From NCBI GenBank assembly GCA_016198685.1, contig JACQID010000004.1, positions 64,001 through 128,000 of the forward strand: a stretch of DNA of 64,000 bases, in the 5' to 3' direction. Below the pieces are notes generated by a model. The model saw nothing but the letters and a program-made list of their open reading frames with translations, did not search any database and was not told where the DNA came from. Made by a program: the position numbers and the translations under genes. This document shows positions 47,048 through 57,497 of this stretch, one piece after another. The DNA is from Candidatus Aenigmatarchaeota archaeon (GTDB taxonomy: Archaea; Aenigmatarchaeota; Aenigmatarchaeia; GW2011-AR5). The first letter of the stretch is position 1. Every line of letters begins with the position of its first letter.

Positions 47048-47902
47048 ATGAAACCGCACTTCCAGCTTGTTGCGGTGGGAACGCCTTCTGTTGACGTTCT
47101 CCACACCGAGAGTGGTATAATCCGAAGATTCGGTGGAGGAGCTGTCATAACTGTTGCCGTAGCGTTGGCAAAATGGGGGATGCAGACCGGAATCATAGGC
47201 CGCTTGGGCAAGGACTCGGGCGGCGAGTGGCTTCTGAGAAATTTCAAGGAAGATGGCGTTGATGTTTCTCTTGTAAAAAAAGACAAGATCCCTACGTCAA
47301 TATGGAGTATAGATATTGCACCAGGCGACAAGGAAATACTTGAACCTCATATTTATTCTCCTCTTGCAAAGCTTTCTTTTGCCCAGAAAAACGCAATAAA
47401 GGATTCCGATGCCGTTATAGTCCGCTTGAATAACCCGCTTTTCAAGGAAACTGCGCATCTGGCCAAAAAGTCCGGCAGCAAATTTTTTGTCACATTCCAT
47501 CTTTTCGAATCATCGCCGCCCACGATCGATTTTCTCCGCCGGCATGAGCCCGACGTCATTTTCATGACAAAAGAAGAATATGAGGAAGCTTTACAGGAGT
47601 TTGATCTTTTCAGCATGGATACGCTTTTTGTGATAATGAAAGGCAGGGACGGATGCTCGATTTTCCACAGGGGCGATATGGTCTCTTACGATGGTTACAG
47701 GTCGCATATTGTGGATTCTACATGTTGGGAGAACTCGTTTGTTGCAGGTTTCCTTTACGGATATATGAACGGCTGGCCATTGAACAGGATCGCGAAGCTT
47801 GCTAATACTCTATCTGCCATAGCAACAACCGAATATGGAAGCAGGCGCAAAGTCCCGACGCGGGACGAGATGGAAAAAATAATTAATTTCGTTACTTCTT
47901 AG
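47048..47902 (+). CDS. PfkB/ribokinase-family protein, strongly degenerate (CWEN for GAGD)
   Basis: GGGAVITVAVALAKWG, LGKDSGG, MKGRDGC, VDSTCWENSFVAGF. Confidence 0.8.
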   Translation: MKPHFQLVAVGTPSVDVLHTESGIIRRFGGGAVITVAVALAKWGMQTGIIGRLGKDSGGEWLLRNFKEDGVDVSLVKKDKIPTSIWSIDIAPGDKEILEPHIYSPLAKLSFAQKNAIKDSDAVIVRLNNPLFKETAHLAKKSGSKFFVTFHLFESSPPTIDFLRRHEPDVIFMTKEEYEEALQEFDLFSMDTLFVIMKGRDGCSIFHRGDMVSYDGYRSHIVDSTCWENSFVAGFLYGYMNGWPLNRIAKLANTLSAIATTEYGSRRKVPTRDEMEKIINFVTS

Positions 47903-48433
47903 TCAGATGCCTATTATTTTGAAAAGAATAGTTCTTGGGTATCCTAAGAGGGGCAGTGTAGCAATTGCTTTGCCTTCGATACTCAATATACAGCTTTTGC
48001 CGTCTATTCTTCTGTTTAGCGTATCGGGATTATCATTATTGTCGCCTTTCGTGACCAGAGGATTTGTTGAAACTACGCGATGAATTATCGTTGCTTTAGG
48101 CGGCACATTGTCAAAGCAACCTTCATACGGATGGTAAACTATCACATCCCCTTTCTTTATGCCATCGCTTTTCTTCACCACAACTATGTCTCCTACATAT
48201 AGGCCTTTTTTGTAGGGAAACGAAAGAAAATCTTCGCGAGTTATATTAAACTTGGAATATTCAGTCTCACTCATTGACCACCATTGATCAAAATCTACAG
48301 AGTGCTCCATCGAGCCTGTAACAACTGAAGTCACAGGCACATTTGTCCCAAGCAAGAGAGCGGCCGTTTGATATGCCGCAAGGGCGACTATGACTGCAAG
48401 CGCGACTTCTGCAAGCTCTTTTTTCATTCCCAT
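47903..48433 (-). CDS. sec11: Signal peptidase I, archaeal Sec11 (S26B) type
   Basis: VVTGSMEH, GDIVVV, IIHRVV, TKGDNN. Confidence 0.9.
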   Translation of the reverse strand: MGMKKELAEVALAVIVALAAYQTAALLLGTNVPVTSVVTGSMEHSVDFDQWWSMSETEYSKFNITREDFLSFPYKKGLYVGDIVVVKKSDGIKKGDVIVYHPYEGCFDNVPPKATIIHRVVSTNPLVTKGDNNDNPDTLNRRIDGKSCILSIEGKAIATLPLLGYPRTILFKIIGI

Positions 48434-49189
48434 TCAATCACGTGCCAGATTCAGGATCTCTCGATGAAGCATCTTGGTAGCAGCCACATAATGCGTAAGG
48501 TATGGCGTCCATTTTTCCCCATTTATTCCTGTCACAACGCCGCCGGCTTCTTCCACTATAAGGGCAGGAGCGATGTCCCAAGGTTTTTCATTGAGCATCA
48601 GCGATCCGTCTGCCTTGCCTGATGCCAGCCATGCTAGCTGCACAACTGCGGAGCCGGGTATTCTGAAATCGTCATGAAATTTCTCTGCGAGCTTATCAAA
48701 TCTCTTCCTGACAAACGGGTCACTTATTCCCCAAAAACCGCCAAAGGTTACCATGAAGTTCTCTTTTCTCGGCGAGACAAATATTCTTTTGCCGTTAAGG
48801 AATGCGCCTTTGCCTTTCTCTGCGCTATAAAGTTCCTTAGAGCAAGGAAGATAAATTACAGACAATACAACCTGGCCTTTTCTTTCAAGAGCTATGCCTA
48901 CCCCAAACAAAGGCACTTCAACTACAAAATTATGTGTGCCATCAAGAGGATCGATTATCCATTTACTGTCCGAAGAACCGCTTTCTCCGGATTCCTCGGC
49001 AAGGATTGCATGAGCAGGGAAAACTTTTTTTATTGCCGAGATTATGCTTTTTTCCGCATCAAAATCCGCCTGCGTAGCAAAATCACGCGCACTCTTGTAA
49101 TGAAGCTTGTCGATTTTACTATAATGCTTCATTATTATCTTGCCGGCATTTTTTGCCGCTTTTATTGCCAGTTCCATTTCCTTGGACAT
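48434..49189 (-). CDS. suhB: Inositol monophosphatase / FBPase family protein
   Basis: AEESG, WIIDPLDGTHNF, RIPGSA, KPWDIA. Confidence 0.92.
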   Translation of the reverse strand: MSKEMELAIKAAKNAGKIIMKHYSKIDKLHYKSARDFATQADFDAEKSIISAIKKVFPAHAILAEESGESGSSDSKWIIDPLDGTHNFVVEVPLFGVGIALERKGQVVLSVIYLPCSKELYSAEKGKGAFLNGKRIFVSPRKENFMVTFGGFWGISDPFVRKRFDKLAEKFHDDFRIPGSAVVQLAWLASGKADGSLMLNEKPWDIAPALIVEEAGGVVTGINGEKWTPYLTHYVAATKMLHREILNLARD

Positions 49190-49300
49190 TATTATAAACG
49201 GTCTTGCAGACTTAAAAAGAAGCCCGACAGCGCCCTAAATGCCTCAAAAAGCGGTACGAATAATTTTAAAAACTATTAACTCATTTAATCAGTGATTATA

Positions 49301-49624
49301 ATGGATGAAAAGCTTCTCCAGAGCATAAAGGATGCCGAAGCGAAGGCGAATAAGATAATCAAGGATGCAGAGAGCCAGAAAGAAAAGTCTGTTTCTAACG
49401 CCCGGAAGGAAGCGGACCAGCTCTTGAAAAAGGAAATCTCCGACTATGAAGTTGAAATGCAGAAATACGCGGAGTCTGAGAGAAGCAAGATAGAAGAGAG
49501 GAAGAAAGCCATACAGACAGAAAAGGCGAGAGCGTTCAAGGCTATCGAAAAAGCGGCCAAGGAAAAGGCCGATGTTGCAATGGAGTGCGTCGCCGAAGAA
49601 TTCGAGAAAATAATCAAAGGCTGA
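49301..49624 (+). CDS. atpH: A-type ATP synthase subunit H/G (peripheral stalk)
   Basis: Charged coiled coil (IKDAEAKANKII); first gene of the operon. Confidence 0.8.
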   Translation: MDEKLLQSIKDAEAKANKIIKDAESQKEKSVSNARKEADQLLKKEISDYEVEMQKYAESERSKIEERKKAIQTEKARAFKAIEKAAKEKADVAMECVAEEFEKIIKG

Positions 49625-49639
49625 TATATAGGGTCGTTT

Positions 49640-51448
49640 ATGTTTCATCCGGAAAAAATGAGCAGGGTGACGATAGCGGCGCCCAAAGCTTACATGGAAA
49701 AGGTAATAGGGATACTTTATGATTTGAATGCCCTTCACATAGAGGACTATACCGACAAAGAACTTCCTGCCGGTTCCCCCCTCGGAGACGCTGAAAAAGC
49801 TTCTGAACTGCTTCTCGATCTGAGTGCCATAAAATCCGTCATAGGCCGCTGGCTGCCGAAGAAAGGGCCTGCAACAAATGATATTTCCCTCGAGGAAGCA
49901 GAGCGCATCATAAAAAAAATAAGGGAAGAAGTCTCTCGGTTATATGAACGCAAAAAAACTCTCGAAGAAGAGGAAGCAGATCTGGGCAAGGAAGAAAAGA
50001 CCCTGAGGTTTCTCAAAGAAGCTGGTATAAGCAGTTTTGATCAATTAAGCGGTTATGTGACCTTGGAGATGGCGGCGGGCCATCTTAAAAAGCCGGTGAA
50101 GCTGAAAGAGGCTATTGTTTTCAGTCCTAACACCGAAAGATCTCCAGCTGTCATATTCTATAGAAAGGGCGATGAGCATACCAAAAAGAGCGTACTGGAA
50201 AGTCTGATAGAAGAACGAATTGAAACGGGTGGCGATAGGGATGTTTCTGTTTCTCTTCATAATGCATTGGAAAGAAAGAAAGAGATAATGCGCGAAACGC
50301 AGGAAATAGATGAACGCCTGAAGCAGTTGGCCGCTTCATCCGGCCAGCTTCCTGTAATTGAAGCTATCCTTAATGAGCGCCTGAAGAAGAGTGAGGCGCC
50401 ACTCAGATTCGCCGTAAGCAACAATGCATTCGTAATACAGGGCTGGGTTCCCCAGAAGAACGTAGCTAAGCTTGAGGAAAAAATAAAGTCCCTGACAAAG
50501 GAAGCGTATATTCATAGTGAGGAAGACGACGAGGCTCCTACGAAGCTGGAAAATCCCAAGGCGGCGAAGCCGTTTGAGTTCTTCCTGAATCTTTACTCTT
50601 TGCCGCGCTATGACGAGATCGACCCCACTTGGTTCATATTCCTCTCATTCCCGATTTTCTATGGCTTCATGCTTGGCGACATAGGGTACGGTCTTGTGAT
50701 ACTCGCGCTTTCACTGGCGCTCCGTCCTAAATTCAAGGAAATACGGGCGCTGATAGACATTTCCATTATATCCGCAATTTCCACAATGATATTCGGTTTC
50801 ATATTTGGAGAGTTCTTCGGATCAGAAGAAATTTTTGGCTATCATCTGACGCCCTATTTGCACAGAATAGAACATGTCAATGACCTGATACTCGCTTCAG
50901 CAGTCCTTGGGCTCATCCACATAAACGCCGGATTCATATTAGGTTTCATCAATGAGAAGCATCATCATGGCTGGCTAAAGGCCATATTGGCAAAAGGCTC
51001 ATGGCTATTGTTAGAAACAGGCGCTGCATTAGCGGCATTGTCCGCGCTTGGATATGTGAATTTGGACATGACAGTTCCGATCGGAATAATGTTCGTTTCC
51101 ATCCTGATGATACTAAAGGGAGAGGGAATCGCAGGAGTGTTTGAAGTCCCTGCACTCCTTGCTAACGTGCTTTCGTATGCGCGTCTTGCGGCTATCGGCC
51201 TCGCATCAGCATCGCTTGCAATCGTTGTCAATGAGATGTCAGAGCCGCTCTTCCATGGAGGCCTGCTTATGGCAATTTTAGGTGTTACAGTGCTGGTGAT
51301 AGGCCATGCTATAAACATGGCCATAGGAATAATGGACGCTTTCCTACAGTCGATGAGGCTCCATTATGTTGAAGCCTTCGGAAAATTTTACAAGGGCTCA
51401 GGGAAGGCTTACAGGCCTTTCGGACGAGATAACGCAGAGGATAAATAA
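49640..51448 (+). CDS. atpI: A-type ATP synthase subunit I (a)
   Basis: LPRYDEIDPT, YGFMLGDIGYG, LSYARLAAIG, MRLHYVEAFGKFY. Confidence 0.96.
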   Translation: MFHPEKMSRVTIAAPKAYMEKVIGILYDLNALHIEDYTDKELPAGSPLGDAEKASELLLDLSAIKSVIGRWLPKKGPATNDISLEEAERIIKKIREEVSRLYERKKTLEEEEADLGKEEKTLRFLKEAGISSFDQLSGYVTLEMAAGHLKKPVKLKEAIVFSPNTERSPAVIFYRKGDEHTKKSVLESLIEERIETGGDRDVSVSLHNALERKKEIMRETQEIDERLKQLAASSGQLPVIEAILNERLKKSEAPLRFAVSNNAFVIQGWVPQKNVAKLEEKIKSLTKEAYIHSEEDDEAPTKLENPKAAKPFEFFLNLYSLPRYDEIDPTWFIFLSFPIFYGFMLGDIGYGLVILALSLALRPKFKEIRALIDISIISAISTMIFGFIFGEFFGSEEIFGYHLTPYLHRIEHVNDLILASAVLGLIHINAGFILGFINEKHHHGWLKAILAKGSWLLLETGAALAALSALGYVNLDMTVPIGIMFVSILMILKGEGIAGVFEVPALLANVLSYARLAAIGLASASLAIVVNEMSEPLFHGGLLMAILGVTVLVIGHAINMAIGIMDAFLQSMRLHYVEAFGKFYKGSGKAYRPFGRDNAEDK

Positions 51449-51459
51449 TGTTTATAACT

Positions 51460-51605
51460 TATAGTGAAAGACATAACATGAAGGCATCGAAGCTTTTCAC
51501 ATACATGGAGAATCAACGATTCTCCTGTGAGGGTTAAGCTTCTGCTTAACCAATGTATAGCGCGGACATCTAATATGACTAAATATTTATGTCCCGGCTA
51601 TATAA
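51460..51605 (+). ncRNA. Candidate structured cis-element (three to four hairpins) between atpI and atpK
   Basis: Inverted repeats GGAGAATC/GATTCTCC, GGTTAAGC/GCTTAACC and TATAGC..GGACAT/ATGTCC..GCTATA. Confidence 0.45.
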
Positions 51606-51624
51606 CTACAAGAGGTGGATTTGA

Positions 51625-51837
51625 ATGGCAGTAGAAGGAATGACAGCATTGGGAGCTGCACTGGCAATAGGTCTTACATCGATAGCAGCCGCATATGCAG
51701 AAAAAGAGATTGGAACCGCCGCAGTCGGCGCAATGGCAGAGAAAGAACAGCTGTTTACCAAGGGTCTTATCCTGACAGTCATACCGGAAACCCTGGTAAT
51801 ATTCGGTCTTGTAGTCGCTCTGCAGATATTAGCGTAA
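51625..51837 (+). CDS. atpK: A-type ATP synthase subunit K (c), single hairpin
   Basis: AYAEKEIGTAAVGAMAE...TVIPETLVIFG; GAGGTGG RBS. Confidence 0.95.
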   Translation: MAVEGMTALGAALAIGLTSIAAAYAEKEIGTAAVGAMAEKEQLFTKGLILTVIPETLVIFGLVVALQILA

Positions 51838-51883
51838 ATTTTCTTTTTTGCGCTTTAGATATTTAACCTGACAGGCAGGTGCT

Positions 51884-52435
51884 ATGCAAATGGGAATTGA
51901 AGAAATGGCTTCGGGAATACTGAATGAGGCAGAAAAGAGAGCCCAAGCAATAATCCAAAAGGGGCGTGAAGAGGAACGTTCTGTAGAAGAAGAGATAAAA
52001 AACAAGGCAAAGCTTGAGAAAGAAACAATAAAGAACAAAACGAACGAGGAAATAATGCGCTTGGAAACCCGGGAGATAGCATCAGCCCGCGTCACGATGA
52101 AAAAGCAGATGGTTATCGAAAAAAAGAAAATAATAGATTCTATCTATGATAGTTTCTTTTCTGCTATGGAAAAAGAAATAGCAAAGGAAGAGCTTCTTGA
52201 AACGCTTTTTGAGGCTGGCAAATCCAAGCTTGGAAGCGTTGATAGAGTATACGTGAACCCTAATGACGTATCTGCCGCTAAGAAACTTTGCAAAGATGTC
52301 CGCACGAAGAATATCAGCGGCGGTATAGTGCTTGAGAAAGGCAAGGAATCCGTGGATCTTAGCATGGAGACTCTGCGAGGATTATTGCGACAAAGGACGC
52401 TCAAGAGCGTCTCTAACGTGCTTTTTGGTGATTAA
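51884..52435 (+). CDS. atpE: A-type ATP synthase subunit E
   Basis: Operon position; ISGGIVL...VDLSME. Confidence 0.88.
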   Translation: MQMGIEEMASGILNEAEKRAQAIIQKGREEERSVEEEIKNKAKLEKETIKNKTNEEIMRLETREIASARVTMKKQMVIEKKKIIDSIYDSFFSAMEKEIAKEELLETLFEAGKSKLGSVDRVYVNPNDVSAAKKLCKDVRTKNISGGIVLEKGKESVDLSMETLRGLLRQRTLKSVSNVLFGD

Positions 52436-53419
52436 GTGGAAACGCATTCGTACGCGGTGACGAGAGCGCGGGTCATGAGATCTTTGCTCCTTTCAAGGGA
52501 AGATTATGCAAAGATGAAGAAAATGGGCCTGCATGAGATGATACGGTTTCTTGAGACCGGCCAGTACGGTGTGGAGATAGGAGACTTGGGGGCGCTTTAC
52601 AAGGGATCTGAGCTGATAAATATGGCGTTGAATGCCAGCATAGCGGGTGTTGTGAATAAGCTCATACGCATAGCGAACAAGAAGAGCGCCAGAAACGTGA
52701 TATCGCTTTATGCGGACAAATGGGTATACTCTAACCTCAAGCTGATCGCAAGAAAAATTGTCAACGGTCTTTCAGATGAAGACATGAAATACGGCATAAT
52801 CCCCATAATCCCAACGACAGCTGCTTTTTGTACAAGGTCTGCAAAAAGTGCAGAGGCTGCATCGAGTGCTATAGCAAGAATAACAGGTATGAAATCAGAT
52901 CTTATATTGAAATACATGAGAGAAAGAGACCTAGCTTCGCTAGAAAACGATATAGACCGCCAGTACTATTCAAGGCTTGCTGGCTTTAGCGATGCAAACG
53001 ATGAAGTAAAGAAATTCTTCTCCTTGATGACAGAACTTATCAATATCAGGAACATAATGCGCATGAAACATCATGAGATACCCTCCGAAAGAATATCCAA
53101 ATTCATTATAGGCAAGCCTTCAGGCTTGATTGCCAAGATTCTTCATCAGAATTATAACAACGCACTTGCTCTTCTTGAGAAAAACAACAAGAACCTTGCC
53201 GAGGGCGTAAGAGAAAAGAGAACGCGCTTGGAAAATAACGCAGAGAAAATATTGCTTAGAAGAGCGTCTATAATGATGCGCAAGCAGCCGCTTTCGATAT
53301 CGCCGGTGTTCGGTTTCATGGTAAGGAAGGAAGCGGAGATCAGGAACATACGGCTGTTAGTGAACGCGAAGATGACAGGCCTTGCCGAGACGTTTATCGA
53401 AGAAAATTTGGTGGAATAA
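52436..53419 (+). CDS. atpC: A-type ATP synthase subunit C
   Basis: YAVTRARVMRSLLL, NIDRQYY, KEAEIRNIRLLV. Confidence 0.9.
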   Translation: METHSYAVTRARVMRSLLLSREDYAKMKKMGLHEMIRFLETGQYGVEIGDLGALYKGSELINMALNASIAGVVNKLIRIANKKSARNVISLYADKWVYSNLKLIARKIVNGLSDEDMKYGIIPIIPTTAAFCTRSAKSAEAASSAIARITGMKSDLILKYMRERDLASLENDIDRQYYSRLAGFSDANDEVKKFFSLMTELINIRNIMRMKHHEIPSERISKFIIGKPSGLIAKILHQNYNNALALLEKNNKNLAEGVREKRTRLENNAEKILLRRASIMMRKQPLSISPVFGFMVRKEAEIRNIRLLVNAKMTGLAETFIEENLVE

Positions 53420-53420
53420 A

Positions 53421-53720
53421 ATGAATATAGCTGTCATAGGTGATGAGCATTTTGTAGCGGGTTTTAACATAGCCGGCATAAGCAGGGGGCGTGTTGTTGA
53501 CAAGGAAACCGCAGGCAGGGCCATAGAAGAGGCAATAGCCGAAGACAATGCGGTAGTAATAACAAATAAAACCGTTTACGACATGCTTAATCCAAGAATG
53601 AAGGAAACCGTGAACACTACAGTCAAGCCGACGTTCGTTATACTGTCTCATGATCTCGGCGCCGAGGAAAACCTCAGAATGATGATAAAGCGTTCACTTG
53701 GAATAGACTTATGGAAATAA
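53421..53720 (+). CDS. atpF: A-type ATP synthase subunit F
   Basis: IAVIGDEHFVAGFNIAG...IKRSLGIDL. Confidence 0.92.
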   Translation: MNIAVIGDEHFVAGFNIAGISRGRVVDKETAGRAIEEAIAEDNAVVITNKTVYDMLNPRMKETVNTTVKPTFVILSHDLGAEENLRMMIKRSLGIDLWK

Positions 53721-53738
53721 GAAAAAGGATGTGATGAA

Positions 53739-55466
53739 ATGGCAATAATACATAGAGTATCCGGTCCTGTGGTTACAGCCGAAGGGCTGGACGCTAGGAT
53801 GTACGACGTTGTAAGAGTCGGAAAGGAAAAATTAGTCGGGGAAGTAATAGAAATAAACGGGGACAAGGCCGTTATACAGGTCTATGAAGATACATCAGGC
53901 ATTGCGCCGGGAGAACCGGTGGAAACAACAGGAATGCCGCTTATGGTAGAACTTGGGCCTGGAATACTCAATAACATATACGACGGAATTCAGAGGCCGT
54001 TGCCGGAATTGCAGAAATTGATGGGCGATTTCATAAAGCGTGGCGCAAGCGTCAATTCCTTGGACAGAAAGAAGAAATGGAAATTTATCCCTTCACTGAA
54101 GAAGGGCGAGGAAATCACAGAGGGTGAAATTCTCGGCACTGTAAAGGAAACAAACACGATAGAGCACAGAGTGCTTTCGCCATGCTCCGGAAAAATCGAC
54201 GAGATAAAGGAAGGATCATATACTGTTGAAGAAACAATAGGCAAGGTAGGCGGCAAGGAAATTACTCTTATGCAGCGCTGGCCTATCCGTGCTGCAAGGC
54301 GCGTAAAGGAGAAGCTTGTTCCGGATACGCCACTTATAACCGGAATAAGAATACTCGATTCGCTTTTCCCCCTGGCAAAAGGAGGAACCGCCTCGATTCC
54401 GGGACCATTCGGAGCGGGAAAAACAGTGACCCAGCAAAGCCTTGCGAAGTGGAGCGATGCCGATATAATAGTTTATGTGGGATGCGGCGAGCGAGGCAAT
54501 GAGATGACCGAGGTACTTGTGGAATTCCCTGAGCTGATAGACCCGAAGTCCGGAAATCCTCTTATGGAAAGAACAACTCTCATAGCAAACACAAGCAACA
54601 TGCCTGTTGCAGCAAGAGAAGCCTCAATATACACCGGCATAACTATAGCCGAATATTATAGGGACATGGGTTATGACGTAGCATTGATGGCCGACTCTAC
54701 ATCGCGATGGGCTGAAGCCATGCGTGAAATCTCTTCCAGAATGGAGGAAATGCCAGGAGAAGAAGGATATCCCGCTTATCTTTCCGCAAGACTTTCAGAA
54801 TTCTATGAAAGAGCAGGCAAGGCGATATTACTTAGCGGCAGCATGGGTTCAATAAGCATAATCGGTGCTGTATCACCTCCAGGCGGCGATTTCTCAGAGC
54901 CTGTGACACAGTCAACGCAAAGAATAACGAAAGCTTTCTGGGCTCTGGATGCGGCGCTTGCAAATAGAAGGCATTTCCCGTCCATAAACTGGATGAATTC
55001 CTATAGCCAGTACGAATCTTCTCTTGCGCCGTGGTATAATGAGAATATCACTCCGCAATGGACTACTATCATAAGCAAAGTGAAGAAAATACTCTCAGAA
55101 GAGCAGAGGCTGCAAGAAATAGTTCAACTCATAGGCTCAGATGCGCTGCCCGAAAAAGAGCAGTTGACTCTGGAAGTAGCAAGACTGATAAGGGAATTCT
55201 TCCTTCAGCAGAACGCATTCCATGACGTTGACAGCTACTGTGCTCCTGCAAAAAGTGCAAGAATACTGCAGTCAATATTGTACTTTGAGGAAAAAGCACG
55301 CGCTGCAATAGAGGCAGGCGTGAGTGCAAGGGAAGCCGTTGCTATAAAATCGAAAAACAAAATAGGCGACGCCAAGTTCTATAAAGATTACGAAAAAATA
55401 TTGAATGAAGCTGATGCCGGAATGGAAAATGAAATAAACGAGATGGTGAGGAAAAATGCTGCTTAA
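53739..55466 (+). CDS. atpA: A-type ATP synthase subunit A (no intein)
   Basis: [38 protein letters not shown]. Confidence 0.98.
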   Translation: MAIIHRVSGPVVTAEGLDARMYDVVRVGKEKLVGEVIEINGDKAVIQVYEDTSGIAPGEPVETTGMPLMVELGPGILNNIYDGIQRPLPELQKLMGDFIKRGASVNSLDRKKKWKFIPSLKKGEEITEGEILGTVKETNTIEHRVLSPCSGKIDEIKEGSYTVEETIGKVGGKEITLMQRWPIRAARRVKEKLVPDTPLITGIRILDSLFPLAKGGTASIPGPFGAGKTVTQQSLAKWSDADIIVYVGCGERGNEMTEVLVEFPELIDPKSGNPLMERTTLIANTSNMPVAAREASIYTGITIAEYYRDMGYDVALMADSTSRWAEAMREISSRMEEMPGEEGYPAYLSARLSEFYERAGKAILLSGSMGSISIIGAVSPPGGDFSEPVTQSTQRITKAFWALDAALANRRHFPSINWMNSYSQYESSLAPWYNENITPQWTTIISKVKKILSEEQRLQEIVQLIGSDALPEKEQLTLEVARLIREFFLQQNAFHDVDSYCAPAKSARILQSILYFEEKARAAIEAGVSAREAVAIKSKNKIGDAKFYKDYEKILNEADAGMENEINEMVRKNAA

Positions 55467-56829
55467 GGACTACAAGACGATAAGCCGGATAACGGGCCCG
55501 CTGCTCTTTGTTGAAAAGACGCATGATGTCGGATACAACGAACTTGTGAACATAACATTGCCCAATGGGGAGAAGCGCCTTGGGCAGGTTCTTGACACGT
55601 CCAAAGACGCAGTCACAGTGCAGGTTTTTGAAGGCACGACAGGCATAGACAAGAATGCTTCTGTGCGTTTTTTGGGGGACGTGATAAAGGCCAAAGTCAG
55701 CGAGGATATGCTCGGACGAGTGCTTGACGGTTTCGGGAATCCCATCGATGGCGGCCCGGACATAATACCCGAAGACGAAATTGACGTTACAGGGGCCGCA
55801 ATGAATCCTTATTCCCGCGCATCTCCCCAGGACTTCATACAGACAGGAATATCAACGATAGACGGCATGAATACGCTCGTTAGAGGCCAGAAGCTCCCAA
55901 TATTCTCAGGTTCTGGTCTTCCTCATAATGACATAGCGCTGCAGATTGCAAAGCAGGCCAAGGTTGTAGGCAAAGAAGAAAATTTCGCAATAGTATTCGC
56001 AGCAATGGGTATAACGAACGAGGAAGCACGAAAATTCATGAAGAGCTTTGAGGAAACAGGCGCGATAGAACGTGCCATCGTCTTCCTTAACCTTGCAGAC
56101 GACCCGGCAACGGAAAGGCTTATCACACCGAGAATGGCCCTCACTGCTGCAGAATATCTTGCTTACAAGAAGGACATGCATGTGCTCGTGATACTAACGG
56201 ATATGACCAATTATTGCGAGGCGCTGCGGCAAATTTCTTCCGCCCGAAGCGAGATTCCTGCACGAAGAGGCTATCCGGGTTACATGTACACGGACTTGGC
56301 ATCCATATACGAAAGAGCAGGCATAATCAAGGGAAGGAAAGGGAGCATAACCCAGATCCCGATACTTACGATGCCCGGAGATGACAAAACGCACCCGATA
56401 CCGGATCTTACCGGTTACATAACAGAAGGCCAGATACAGTTGGGTCGAGATCTTCATAGAAAGGCTATCTATCCTCCGATCGATGTAATGCCGTGCCTCT
56501 CAAGACTCATGAACCTTGGCATAGGCAAGGGCAAGACAAGAGAGGATCACAAGAACGTTTCTGACCAGCTTTATGCATTCTACGCCCAGGGCCGCGATCT
56601 TCGGAGCCTTTCCGCCGTGGTAGGCGAGGAAGCGCTTTCTGAGCGTGACAAAAGGCTGCTGAGATTTGCAGAGATGTTCGAGCAGAAGTTCGTGAACCAG
56701 GGTCATGAGGAAGACAGGAGCATCGAAAGGACGCTTGACATAGCATGGGAGCTTCTCTCGCAAATGCCCGAGGACGAACTCACAAGGATATCGCCTGAGC
56801 TGAAGCAAAAATATTACAAGGGAAAATAA
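55456..56829 (+). CDS. atpB: A-type ATP synthase subunit B
   Basis: [42 protein letters not shown]. Confidence 0.98.
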   Translation: MLLKDYKTISRITGPLLFVEKTHDVGYNELVNITLPNGEKRLGQVLDTSKDAVTVQVFEGTTGIDKNASVRFLGDVIKAKVSEDMLGRVLDGFGNPIDGGPDIIPEDEIDVTGAAMNPYSRASPQDFIQTGISTIDGMNTLVRGQKLPIFSGSGLPHNDIALQIAKQAKVVGKEENFAIVFAAMGITNEEARKFMKSFEETGAIERAIVFLNLADDPATERLITPRMALTAAEYLAYKKDMHVLVILTDMTNYCEALRQISSARSEIPARRGYPGYMYTDLASIYERAGIIKGRKGSITQIPILTMPGDDKTHPIPDLTGYITEGQIQLGRDLHRKAIYPPIDVMPCLSRLMNLGIGKGKTREDHKNVSDQLYAFYAQGRDLRSLSAVVGEEALSERDKRLLRFAEMFEQKFVNQGHEEDRSIERTLDIAWELLSQMPEDELTRISPELKQKYYKGK

Positions 56830-57456
56830 ATGCAGAACCTGAACCCGACGCGTGCCGAATTACAGAACGTCAAGAACAGGATAAAGCTTGCGGAGTCGGG
56901 CCACAAGCTCCTGAAGAAAAAGAGAGACGGGCTGATAATAGAGTTCTACAATGTGCTCAAGGATGCCAAGAGCATGAGGAGCGAGCTCAATGAAATCTAC
57001 AGGAGAGCTTACACTTCCATGCTTGAAGTTGCGGCCCTTGAGGGAATAATGGAGATAAAGAGCCTTTCCCTTGCCCTGAAAGACAAGCCGTCTGTTGAGT
57101 TGACTGTCAAGAATATCATGGGCGTCAGGATACCGCAGATAGCCAAAGGCAAAATCCGCAAGAGCCTCGAAGAGCGCGGCTACGGATTATTATCGGCTTC
57201 GATGCGAATGGATGATATGGCCGGGAATTATGAAGCCCTCCTTGAAAAGACTCTTGATGTGGCGGAAATCGAAACCAAGCTTCGCAAGCTTCTCATGGAA
57301 ATAGAGAAAACCAAGCGACGCGTGAACGCGCTTGAATACGTATTGATACCGCAGCTGCAGCAGCAGAAGCGCATAATCGCACTCCACCTTGAAGAAATGG
57401 ACAGGGAAACCACCTTCCGCCTCAAGAAGATCAAGCAGAAGGTTATTGCGAAGTAA
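56830..57456 (+). CDS. atpD: A-type ATP synthase subunit D
   Basis: NPTRAEL, GHKLLKKKRDGL, EIEKTKRRVNALE. Confidence 0.96.
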   Translation: MQNLNPTRAELQNVKNRIKLAESGHKLLKKKRDGLIIEFYNVLKDAKSMRSELNEIYRRAYTSMLEVAALEGIMEIKSLSLALKDKPSVELTVKNIMGVRIPQIAKGKIRKSLEERGYGLLSASMRMDDMAGNYEALLEKTLDVAEIETKLRKLLMEIEKTKRRVNALEYVLIPQLQQQKRIIALHLEEMDRETTFRLKKIKQKVIAK

Positions 57457-57497
57457 GGCTTTTCGCAATTTTAATACTTTTTTATCTGATTCTTGTC

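Noticed and set aside
53739-56829. Inteins in AtpA/AtpB
   Set aside because: Protein lengths are normal and the motifs are contiguous.
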